Shown here one piece after another: positions 1-10,499 of a stretch of DNA of 64,000 nucleotides (position 1 is the first letter of the stretch; each line of letters opens with the position of its first letter). The stretch is from Octopus sinensis. Lineage: Eukaryota. Made by a program: the position numbers and the translations under genes. Location of the stretch: the NCBI RefSeq assembly GCF_006345805.1, contig NC_043003.1:108500001-108564000 (forward strand), written 5' to 3'. The notes beneath the pieces are model-generated. The model was not told the origin of the DNA. It was given only the letters and a program-made list of their open reading frames with translations, and ran no database searches.

Positions 1-81
1 GTACTTAAGAGACCTACATGGCTGGTCTTTTCAAGGACATGACAATCCCTCTAGAGGTGCCACAATGGTATGCACTCCTGC

Positions 82-309
82 GGTGAGCTGGCAGAATCGT
101 TAGCATGCCGGGCGAAATGCATAGCCGTATTTCGTCTGCCGTTACATTCTGAGTTCAAATTCCGCCAAGGTCGACTTTGCCTTTCATCCTTTCGGGGTCG
201 ATAAATTAAGTACCAGTTATGCACTGGGGTCAATGTAATCAACTTAATCCGTTTGTCTGTCCTTGTTTGTCCCTTCTGTGTTTAGCCCCTTATGGGTAGT
301 AAAGAAATA
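82..309 (+). mobile_element. tRNA-derived SINE, family A (GGCGGTGAGCTGGCAGAATCGTTAGC head)
   Basis: A-box-like head and downstream GAGTTCAAATTCC B-box-like motif; perfect 15-bp TSD GGTATGCACTCCTGC at 67-81 and 310-324; near-identical copies at 58793 and 60063. Confidence 0.9.
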
Positions 310-874
310 GGTATGCACTCCTGCACACACAGTAAAATAGTTGGTATATAGAAGGGGATCCAGCTATAAAAGAACCACATCCCAAAATTTAACCATTTAA
401 ATTAGACATGATCCTCTAACAAGTCAAGGGGGACAACAACTCTGAATAAGAAATGAGTCGGACTGTGATGATCCATCTAACCAATGTCAACATGGAAACT
501 ACAGATGTAAACAAGGATGATTATGATGAGAATGACAATGATCTACATATCCTATACATATAATAAAATGCAATGTGTCCTGTTGGTCAAGCTAGACGAA
601 AAGAAGAGTAAAGCAATGAATGGAGTAGGAGTGACGGTTAGAGGTGACAGAGCAGGCGGACAGGGTTCAAAGGTTCTGCTCAAAAGTCACCAGATTTTTT
701 ATCAAAATAAAACTGCAAATTTTTATTGTAAATTGGATGTAGTTTATGAGTTTCAAACACATGCACACACACACACATATATATATATGAAATTAAATAT
801 AAAACACTTTTGTTTACAAAATGTTATCATTCACATAACATAACCGATACATAAATGTTATGTGAATGATAATA

Positions 875-2159
875 CTAGGGGCGTTCAATAAGTAATGCCC
901 CTGACCCACTTCCCATAGCAGTAGAGCAACGAAACTTGGCACAGTTATTAGTCTTTTTCTACATAGGAACCACCCAGAGTTACGCATTTCTCCCATCGTT
1001 TGATGCGGCTCTGGAGACCGTTTTTGTAGAAGAACCCAGCTTGGTCCTCCAACCTCAACGTGACTTCAGAAATCAAGGCTGCATCATCTGGAAAACGCTT
1101 TCCTTTCAAAAACAACTTCATGATTGGGAAGAGGTGAAAATCACAGAGGGTGGAAGGTCAGGAAAGTAGGGGGGTGGGGAGGAGTTCATAGCCATACGCC
1201 TGTGCTTCTGATCTGGCGACACGCGAGTTGTGGACCGGAGCGTTGTCTGCAGGAGGAGGATGCCTTTACTGATCTTGCCCCTCTTGATTTTGATAGCTTC
1301 TCTTAATTTCCTCAAAAGTGAAGTATAATAGGCTCCTGTAATTGTGGCACCCTTTGCCAGGAAATCTGTCATCACTACTCCGTCCTGGTCCCAGAAGACT
1401 GTGAGCATGACCTTGCCAGCGGAGGGCTGCACCTTGCCTTCTTTGGAGGGGTGAGTCACGGTGCTTCCACTGCATTGACTGGGCTTTGGTCTCTGGATCA
1501 TCGTGATGGACCCAGGTTTCATCCTGTTTAATCAGTCTTTTGAAAAATTTGACTCGTCTTCTTGGCACATCTCCAAATTCACCCTCGAGCACTCGGCGCG
1601 TTCTTGCTTCTGGAAAGGCGTGAGCAACCTGGGAATCCATCTGGCAGACACCTTTTGCATATGCAAATGGTCATGAATGATAGTTTCCACAGACCCGGTA
1701 CTAATCTTGACCTCATGGGCTATTTGGCGAATAATTATGCGTCGATCTTCCAAAATGGCAGCCTCAACTTGACGGACAGATGCCTCTTCAATGGCAGAAG
1801 GGGGCGACCAGATCTGGAGCTTTTCCACAGAGTTCCGACCATGTTTGAATTCACGATGCCAGCGTTTTACAAGGTCATATGATGGGGCATCATCACCAAA
1901 GTTACTTTCATTCATCATCAAAAGTCTCCCGTGGTGTGCGTCCTTTCAAATACAAAAACCGGATCACTGCTCGACAGTCAACAGGCTCCATTTCACACTT
2001 GACTCGGTTCAAACACCCTGTAAAATCAAAACCACAATTAATTCAGAGCTGTAATTTGCCACTTACTCTATAGAGATATAAATGATTGCACATGCAAAAT
2101 TTCAGCTAGATCAAACAACTGCAAGTGGGTCAGAGGCATTACTTATTGAACGTCTCTCG
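875..2159 (-). mobile_element. Full-length (~1.29 kb) decayed mariner transposon
   Basis: ~37-bp imperfect TIRs (CTAGGGGCGTTCAATAAGTAATGCCCCTGACCCACTT vs revcomp CGAGAGACGTTCAATAAGTAATGCCTCTGACCCACTT), TA at 873-874 and 2160-2161. Confidence 0.92.
1118..1921 (-). pseudogene. Frameshifted mariner transposase
   Basis: Split across ORFs 1532..1921 (HTH, WHREFKHGR, ARWIPRLL), 1266..1640 (DETWVHH..PETKAQSMQW) and 1118..1522 (GKVMLTVFWDQDGVV..DFL). Confidence 0.9.
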
Positions 2160-2183
2160 TATATATGTGTGTATATATATATA

Positions 2184-2278
2184 TTAAAAAGCAGCAAAAA
2201 TATCACAAAAACTGTTACTCCGAGTTTCATGTAAAAACTCTGACTAACAGTTTTTGTGATATTTTTGCTGCTTTTTAA
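2184..2278. repeat. Palindrome with perfect 34-bp arms; possible Penelope-type relic
   Basis: TTAAAAAGCAGCAAAAATATCACAAAAACTGTTA (2184-2217) and its exact reverse complement (2245-2278). Confidence 0.85.
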
Positions 2279-2373
2279 GAAAGCATATTACTCTACCTCT
2301 GGTATTTGAGTACTATTTTTTCAACCTTGTTTCGCATTTATGTGCTTACTCTGGTGTATGTATGTATATATAT

Positions 2374-4163
2374 ATGATGGCTGCCCCCTTGTTATCGAGT
2401 ATGGCCATTGCATGAAGCTTAACTGTTGTTGGTGCTGCGATCGAATGTGACTTTTTAGCCCAGCTAAAGATCTACAATGTCTTGTACAGAATTGGCAACT
2501 AAGACCTTTACCGGTAATAGCTGGCTGTAGTTGTAACTGGGCTTCATGTACCTTTGCATGTCATTTAAGTCCTCCTGCCGAATTACACTCTCTTCCACAT
2601 GCCCGACAGATATGATTAGTATGGTGTATTACACCACCACCAGTGGCCAGGTTGTCACTCATCTGCCTCGCTTTATGACTACGAAGATGACTCTTGAGGC
2701 AGGGTCTTGCACAGACACTGCATGTCAGCATTATAGGAAGATCCTTCCCATCTGGAAGTGTAACAGCGATGCCTTTCCTGACATCCCTCCTTACTTTCTC
2801 ATGTGCAACTCAAGATTTCTCAAAAGTGGCTGTCCCCTCATGCACAATCCTTCTCCACCTGCTACGATCAATAGCTATGCCCTCCCATGTGTCAGGAGAG
2901 ATGCAAGCATCTCTGAAGGAAGCCTTCAGCAAGTCCTTATACCTCTTTTTTGGTTTATGTGGAGGTCGTTCTCCTTTAGCTAACTCTCCATAAAAGAGTT
3001 GTTTTGGCATCCTTGAATCCTTCATCCTGACCAGATGACCACTCCATCTGAGCCTTTGCTTTAACACAAGAGCTTCTATACTTTTGCACCGAGAGCCTTC
3101 CAATATTTCAAGATCACTAATGCAGTTCTCCCACTTAATGCCATAGATCCGTCTGAGACACATCTGATGGAAGCGTTCCAGTTGTTTAAGGTGGTATCAA
3201 TATGTGACCCACGTCTCGCAGACATAGAGAAGAGAAGGGAGCACACATGCCTTGTACACCTTTATCTTTGTCATTCTGCATATGTCTCGCCGACTCCAGA
3301 GGCGGTTTTTCTAGCCTTCCGAAAGCAACACTTGCTTTCCTAATTTTATATGGAATTTCATCATCCACATTGCCATATCTATTAATAGTGCTTCCCAAGT
3401 AGACAAACTGATCAACTATATCAAGTCGTTTACCATCCACATAGATATTTGGTACACTATACTGCTTACCAGGGGCAGGTTGATGCATGACAACAGTTTT
3501 CTTGAGATTGACTGTCAATCCTAAGATAGTGCAAGCATCAGAGAATGCATTCAAAATGTGTTGCATATCAATCTCTGTGTGCACTACTAGATCACAATCA
3601 TCTGCATACAAAAGGTCTCTTATGATAGAGGTAAATACCTTTGTTTTTGCAGCAAAGCGCCTGATATTAAATATGCTGCCAGAGGTTCAATAATGGACGT
3701 AAACACCATATCTGCAGTTTCTGAATGCAATACGGAACACCATCGCGAAATATATGGAAAATAGGGTCGGTGCCAGAATATCCCCCTGTTTCACTCCATT
3801 TCCTATTGAAATGGGCTCCGACATTTTCCCTCTAACATTAACCCTACCCTTCATGTCTTCATGAAAAGACCTAACCAAAGCAAGGAAATTTTGAGGACAC
3901 CTAAGTTTCTGGAGGACTTTCCACAATGCTTTTCTATTAACGGTATCAAAGGCTTTTGTCAGATCGACAAAAACCTGATACAAATCCAGACCCTGTTCCA
4001 CACACTTCTCCTAAAGCAGTCTAGCTGAAAAGATCATATCAGCAGTGCCGGGTCCCACACGAAAGACAGATTGACTTTCTGGAAGAACACATTCTGTAAC
4101 ATGTTTCAGCAAACAATCCAGAAGTTCCCTGCATAAAACCTTTCCTACAACAGAAAGCAATGA
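2374..4163 (-). mobile_element. RTE-clade LINE, 3' part: RT, thumb, three C2H2 fingers; pseudogenised
   Basis: ORFs 4011..4259 (SLLSVVGKVL), 3687..4001 (FVDLTKAFDTVNR, GVKQGDILAPTLF), 3186..3611 (YADD, YLGSTI), 2810..3163 (QRLRWSGHLVRM). Confidence 0.93.
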
Positions 4164-5156
4164 TGGCATATTCTGGATTACATCCTTGTTAGGGTGCGTG
4201 ACAGACAGGATGTGCAGTGTGTTCATGTTCTTCATGGAGCTGAGTGTTGGACTGACCACAGCCTAGTACGTGCAAAAGTGAAATTAGTCACAAAACATAA
4301 AATCCGAGCTGCAGGGATTACCCAGCCTAAAAGACTGAATGTTGATTGTCTTAGGTGTAATAGTGTGAAGAGAGCTTTACGCGAGGAAATGAATGCTGCA
4401 GATATTGGGGAGGATTGGCCGACCCTTAAAAAGTCAGTTTATGATATAGGCAAGAAAGTTCTGGGATTGATACAAAGAAAGCCTCAAGATTGGTTTAAAG
4501 AAAATGATGAACATATAGATGATTTATTGGCTGATAAATTTGTCGTGCTATTTGTCAGCAAAGCCACAGGAAAGAGAAGTGTTGCATAGGGAACCCAAGG
4601 ATGTAAAATCACGTGTGAGGCAAAGGCTCTCTCAGATGAGGGATACGTGGTGGAGTAAGAGGGCTGATGGCGTCAGATTCCAATAACACAAAGCTGTTGT
4701 ATGGTCTTTTGCGAGAAGTTTATGGACCAACGTCTTCTCTGATGACACCACTTTGAAGCAAGGATGGTAAAGAACTTCTTCGTGATTCACAAGGAATTCT
4801 GCGAAGGTGGAAAGAACACTTTGATGAACTTTTGAATCAGCAGTCTGTAGTTAGTGAGGATGTTCTCAATCTCATCCCTGGATTAACTGTGAAGGCAGCA
4901 CTCGCAGAACCACCAAAGTCGAAAGAAGTTGCAATGGCTGTCTCAAGGATGAATAATGGGAAGTCTCCAGGTATGGATGGCACACATGCGGAGTTGTTAC
5001 AGCATGGTGGTGAGAAACTTCTACAGCAACTTCACTCTTTGTTTGGTAAGATATGGACTAGTGAATCTGTACCTGAGGACTGGAGAGATACAGTAATGGT
5101 GGTCTTGTATAAGGGAAAGGGCAACAGGAATGATTGTGGTAATTATAGGGGAATAT
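4164..5156 (+). mobile_element. Inverted 5' part of the same RTE LINE (end of APE endonuclease to RT start)
   Basis: Starts WHILDYILVRVRDRQDV..DCW/ECWTDHSLV (4164-), ends [25 protein letters not shown] at 5156; YRGI is normally followed by SLLS, found at 4163 on the minus strand. Confidence 0.9.
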
Positions 5157-5189
5157 ATATATATATATATTATATATATATATATATAT

Positions 5190-5231
<42 letters not shown>

Positions 5232-5327
5232 ACATACATACATATACATATATATTATATATATATACACATATATATATACATATATAAAAACATACAT
5301 ACATACATATACATATATATTAATATA

Positions 5328-5372
<45 letters not shown>

Positions 5373-5460
5373 CATACATACATATATACATATATATATA
5401 CATATATATATATATTATATATATATATTATATATATATATATAATAATAATAATAATAA
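5157..5460. repeat. (TA)n/(TACA)n microsatellite
   Basis: Direct reading. Confidence 0.95.
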
Positions 5461-5648
5461 ATATTAGGGAATAATTCCAAATTTACAAGGAAAAATCAGA
5501 TTTAAGATTGAATCCAATTTTATAATAAAATATTATATTATAATAAATTAGAGACAAAACCACTATTATGCAAATCAAACAAAGAAAGACTTAAGCCAAT
5601 ACATAAAATATAAAATAATTTATATAAATTAAAATTTAACAAATGAAT

Positions 5649-5700
5649 AACCACTACGATCGTTTCGTGTCAGCACATCTTAGACATTCTTCAGGTGGTT
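5649..5700 (-). ncRNA. Minimal type I hammerhead ribozyme motif (inverted copy)
   Basis: Exact reverse complement of 5775-5826. Confidence 0.75.
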
Positions 5701-5774
5701 TCTAAACCTTCTTAGCGAGTTATAAACTATAGTTTATATAGTTTATAGTTTATAACTTGCTAAGAAGGTTTAGA

Positions 5775-5826
5775 AACCACCTGAAGAATGTCTAAGATGT
5801 GCTGACACGAAACGATCGTAGTGGTT
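5775..5826 (+). ncRNA. Minimal type I hammerhead ribozyme motif
   Basis: Stem I AACCAC/GTGGTT, core CTGAAGA, stem II (A)TGTC/GACA(C), GAAA, palindromic stem III CGATCG, GUA cleavage triplet. Confidence 0.75.
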
Positions 5827-5907
5827 ATTCATTTGTTAAATTTTAATTTATATAATTATTTTATATGTATATGTATGCACATGTATGTCTGTGTGTGTGT
5901 GTGCATG

Positions 5908-5955
<48 letters not shown>

Positions 5956-6148
5956 AGAGTTTACGAAAAAAACAAAAGACGAAGACAGGTGGTGTAGAAA
6001 ACAAACAGATGTATTAGTATAACACTCAGGAATAGAAAAAGTCTTTTACGTTTCGAGCCTACGCTCTTCTACAGAAAGGAACACAGAAAAAACAAGGAGA
6101 GAAAAAAAAGTGTGTAGTGGCTAACGATCTATCATGGCATCTGGCGTC

Positions 6149-6188
<40 letters not shown>

Positions 6189-6619
6189 AAGAGATCTATA
6201 TACAAATGTACATATATATACACACACACATACTTATATACATATACTCATATGTAAGTGTGTGTGTGTCTATATATATATATATATATAAAATGGGTAT
6301 ATATATTATGTATGTATATAAACCTTGTGTTGGCCTAACTGTGCCTATGTGTATATTCTTTTACTTGTTTGTCATTTGATTGCAGCCATGCTGGAGCACT
6401 GCCTTAAAGGGCTTTTTAGACAAGGAAATTGACCCCAACACTTGTTCTTATACTTTCAACCATCGTAGCACTCTCTGCCCCTATCAATCCCCCCCCCTTT
6501 CTCTCGCCAGTTCTCTGCTTCTCTTTCTTCTTCTCCACTGTTTTATTTTCTCCTCCTCCTCCCCATCCTTGTTACTTTCTGATTTCTCCTTTTCTTTGTT
6601 TCGCCTCCAACAACTGACT

Positions 6620-6885
6620 TGTGTAAGCATACACCAGCAGATTTTATGCCCGTGCATTCCGCCCTCCCCTCTCCACACCACCAGTGTTATCCAAGGGAAA
6701 GGCAAAGGGGCCGATACAGCTTGGCACCAGTGACGTCATAACTCATTTCTACAGATGAGTGAACCGGAGCAACGTGAAATAGAGAGTCTTGCTCAAGAAC
6801 ACAACACAACCCAGTCACAGAATTAAACTCACTACCACATGATTGTGAGCCTGACACTCCAGCCACTGAACCATTCACCTTCATG
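6620..6885 (-). mobile_element. tRNA-derived SINE, family C
   Basis: Minus-strand head GAAGGTGAATGGTTCAGTGGCTGGAG..GTGAGTTTAATTC; body shared with 29984, 52915 and 59750. Confidence 0.75.
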
Positions 6886-6944
6886 CACATGTACATATAA
6901 ATACACACATAAATATGCATTAATACGTATTTAGGGTTATTCTG

Positions 6945-7075
6945 GTGAGGTCAACTTTGCCTTTCATCCTTTCAAGTTTGATTAAATAAGTACAAATTAA
7001 ACACTGGGGTTCCGATCTAATCAACTTCCCCACTCCCTTAAAATTGCTGATCTAAGCCAAAATGTGCAACCAAAA
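6945..7075 (+). mobile_element. 5'-truncated SINE family A fragment
   Basis: GAGGTCAACTTTGCCTTTCATCCTTT..ACACTGGGGT matches the body of 82-309. Confidence 0.65.
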
Positions 7076-7160
7076 TGTATTTAGGATTAACACTAATTAA
7101 AAGTCCCTCTAAAGTTAGCAAATCCATGAAATACACTATAACAGTTAAATTGTTAAGTAA

Positions 7161-7537
7161 TTGTTAGCCATCATTGCTATAATTACAAATTGTTAGCCAT
7201 CATTGCTATAATTACAAATTGTTAGCCATCATTGCTATAATTACAAATTCTTAGCCATCATTGCTATAATTACAAATTCTTAGCCATCATTGCTATAATT
7301 ACAAATTGTTAGCCATCATTGCTATAATTACAAATTGTTAGCCATCATTGCTATAATTACAAATTGTTAGCCATCATTGCTATAATTACAAATTGTTAGC
7401 CATCATTGCTATAATTACAAATTGTTAGCCATCATTGCTATAATTACAAATTGTTAGCCATCATTGCTATAATTACAAATTGTTAGCCATCATTGCTATA
7501 ATTACAAATTGTTAGCCATCATTGCTATAATTACAAA
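7161..7537. repeat. Minisatellite, 13 x 29 bp (TTGTTAGCCATCATTGCTATAATTACAAA)
   Basis: Units start at 7161+29n; two units carry TTCTT instead of TTGTT. Confidence 0.95.
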
Positions 7538-7744
7538 CGCTTGCCATGTTGCACTGGATGAAACGAAAGAAGACCAATGTGGCTACAACAACAAAAGGAC
7601 AGGTGTTTATGACTGAGAATGAAGACTTTGTGTACAAACATGAAAGCACTGCTACTAAATGGATAGACTCTGAATCCAAAGAAGAGATAAAAATTACATG
7701 TGTGATGTGTGTCTCTGTGTTTGCGGGTTACCTTTGTTCAGACA

Positions 7745-7975
7745 TCATATGATGGTTCTCAATGAGCATTATCATCATACAGGTCAGGTTATTTGTTTCT
7801 AGTCTTCCAGGAATGAACATGTCTGATCATGAGGAAATATTACTTTGTATGAAAACAAGTGTGGGTTGGTGACAGGAAAGGCATCCGGCTGTAGAAAACC
7901 TGCTTCAACAAACTTCCTCTGACCAATGCAAGCAGGGGAGAAGTGGACATTTGAATGATGATGATGATGATTCAT
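7745..7975 (+). mobile_element. SINE-like repeat with RTE-type 3' tail ending (GAT)n
   Basis: AGGAAAGGCATCCGGCTGTAGAAAAC..GATGATGATGAT; related copy at 33540-33742. Confidence 0.6.
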
Positions 7976-8329
7976 TTTCCTATAGTTTATATTAATAAAA
8001 CTCTTCTGAAAACACTCAAGGATAAGGTGGTGCTGTTAAGTCCATGACAGTGCAAAACCTCTACAGTCGCACCGTATGTGAAACAGTGACTCAAGGTCAT
8101 AGAAGAAATGTCCGGAGTGTGGTGCAGCAGGTTCAAATCTGGAACCGTATAATTATGGAACAAACTTCTAAACATGACTGCATAAAATACACGTGTATAT
8201 ATACACATGCACACACATGTATATATACAAAGATAAAGAGAGAAGACCCGTCCTCCACAGTAGTGGTGTTCACCCTGCTGGAGAAGATTGGCCTGCAAAA
8301 GCCCTTTGCCACTTGCACATAAAAACTAC

Positions 8330-8560
8330 TTGTACCAGCGCAATCTAATGGCGCCTGAGCTGGCAGCACATAAAAGGCACCCATGCCAGTGTTATGTAAG
8401 AAGCAACCAGCACACTGTGTAGTGATTGACACTAGGAAGGGCATCCAGCCATAGAAACCTAGACAAATCAGGTTGAAGCCTGGGACAGCTCTCCTTCCAG
8501 CAAGCTCTGGTCAAACCATCCAATCGATGGAAAACAAACATTAAATGATGGTGATGATGT
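8330..8560 (+). mobile_element. 5'-truncated RTE LINE 3' end
   Basis: AGGAAGGGCATCCAGCC..GAAAC..GATGGTGATGAT, matches the 3' end at 24900-25068. Confidence 0.7.
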
Positions 8561-8597
8561 GATATATATATTATATATATATATATACACACACACA

Positions 8598-9375
8598 CAA
8601 GGAGCGATGGGTAAATTGTCGTCATTATATATTTTTCATTTTACGCATGCACATTGCTTGTTTTTGATTTTGTCGACTACACAGTATAGTAGGATCAGTT
8701 GGGCACCGTCTGTGAAAAAAACAGCATCATGATACAATTCACTCTGCCAAAAATTTGGAAACGACATGCTGTACTGCTTGGCATTTGCACCGGAAGCTCC
8801 AGTACGAATATTTCAGAGTGTTTCGGTGTCAATCTGAGGACATGGACCAAGAGTGATAAAAAAGAAACATCCAGTCAACATCATGGGGTTTGGAGTGATC
8901 AATAGTGATGGCAACATCATGCCTCCATTCACCTTCCCACACAGCCTTGGAATCAACACGGAGGCCTACATCAAGTGTCTGTAGCAGGTAGCATTACACT
9001 GGATCAAGAGGGTAGCAGCTGGAAGACCCTATGTCTGACAACAGTCAGACAATTTCTGCGACCACATCACCCCTAAAATCTGGCCACCTAACTCCCCAGA
9101 CTGCAAACCATTTGATTATTATTTGTGGGGCACAGTTGAGCAAGAGACCAACAAATCTCCTTGTAACACCAAAGATAAACTGAAGGCAAGGATCATGGCA
9201 ACATCCACCAACTAAAACAAGGTGACCATCTAGAAGAGTTGAAGGAGATTCCAAAGTCATCTCGAAGCTGTGGTTGAAGCCAATGGTGATTTTATTGAAT
9301 AAATTTACTCTTTAGTACTTCAAGATAGTTTTATGTAATTTTGATAAATATATCTGTTAAAATGAGATGTCTGTA
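8598..9375 (+). mobile_element. Internally deleted maT/DD37D-type (Tc1/mariner superfamily) transposon
   Basis: KHPVNIMGFGVINSDGNIMPPF..WPPNSPDCKPFDYYLWGTVEQETN remnants; homologous to 10500-11325. Confidence 0.8.
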
Positions 9376-9387
9376 TACACATATATT

Positions 9388-9473
9388 AATATATATGTAT
9401 ATAATTATGTATAGTTATGCATATGTGCGTGTATATATGTATGTGTGTGTATGTGCATGTGGTATATGGGTGC

Positions 9474-9507
<34 letters not shown>

Positions 9508-9950
9508 TACCTTGAAAAGTTTCTTTATGTGTAATACCTGAATCTATGATTAATTTTGCCTCGAAATTAAATTTTGCATTCATTTTTTCTAAGGCATAAT
9601 ATCACGGTGTCATTAATTAATGCCTACAATATTTTATATCAAGTGATTTGATCTGCTTTTGAATGACAAATGCAAAATATTGCCAGACTAGAAATTAATC
9701 CTTGTAACTTATACCTGATCCTCATAAACTCATCTATGTTTACACATGCACAAGAGAATAAACAAACTATATGTGTATATATTTCTCAGTTTAATTATTC
9801 AGTCATACACACACATGTACACACATACAGACACACACACACACACATGTGTATGTATATATATAATATATATGTATATAATTATGTATAGTTATGCATA
9901 TGTGCGTGTATATATGTATGTGTGTGTATGTGCATGTGGTATATGGGTGC

Positions 9951-9984
<34 letters not shown>

Positions 9985-10320
9985 TACCTTGAAAAGTTTC
10001 TTTATGTGTAATACCTGAATCTATGATAATTTTGCCTCGAAATTAAATTTTGCATTCATTTTTTCTAAGGCATAATATCACGGTGTCATTAATTAATGCC
10101 TACAATATTTTATATCAAGTGATTTGATCTGCTTTTGAATGACAAATGCAAAATATTGCCAGACTAGAAATTAATCCTTGTAACTTATACCTGATCCTCA
10201 TAAACTCATCTATGTTTACACATGCACAAGAGAATAAACAAACTATATGTGTATATATTTCTCAGTTTAATTATTCAGTCATACACACACATGTACACAC
10301 ATACATGTGTATGTATATAT
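9388..10320. repeat. Tandem duplication with ~476-bp period
   Basis: Identical ORF starts MQNIARLE at 9670 and 10146; copies differ by about one indel. Confidence 0.9.
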
Positions 10321-10383
10321 ATATATATATATATATATTATCCAAAATGTACAGTATTATACATCCATCATGACTGATCTTAC

Positions 10384-10461
10384 CAATCAGTTTCACACCA
10401 GGAATGTAATGGAGTGTTAGATGACAATCCGATTATATAACTTCACGCTCATCAGAGTTAG
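10384..10461 (-). other. Candidate 78-nt exon
   Basis: Acceptor ATTCCTTTCCATATCAG and donor TTG|GTAAGA on the minus strand; a stop codon in every frame. Confidence 0.35.
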
Positions 10462-10499
10462 CTGATATGGAAAGGAATATGGTGATTTCTCTCTGTATC

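Larger units (their letters stand above)
5608..5866. repeat. Long near-perfect palindrome (~123-bp arms, ~12-nt spacer), Penelope-like terminal structure
   Basis: 5608-5731 is the reverse complement of 5744-5866 with about one substitution and one indel; each arm holds a hammerhead motif. Confidence 0.9.

Noticed and set aside
7161-7537. 29-bp repeats as a CRISPR array
   Set aside because: Units are directly adjacent with no unique spacers, and the context is eukaryotic with no cas genes.
7546-7752. ORF MLHWMKRKKTNV.. as a gene or hAT transposase N-terminus
   Set aside because: Only 68 aa, no recognisable motif, runs into repeat sequence; unassignable.
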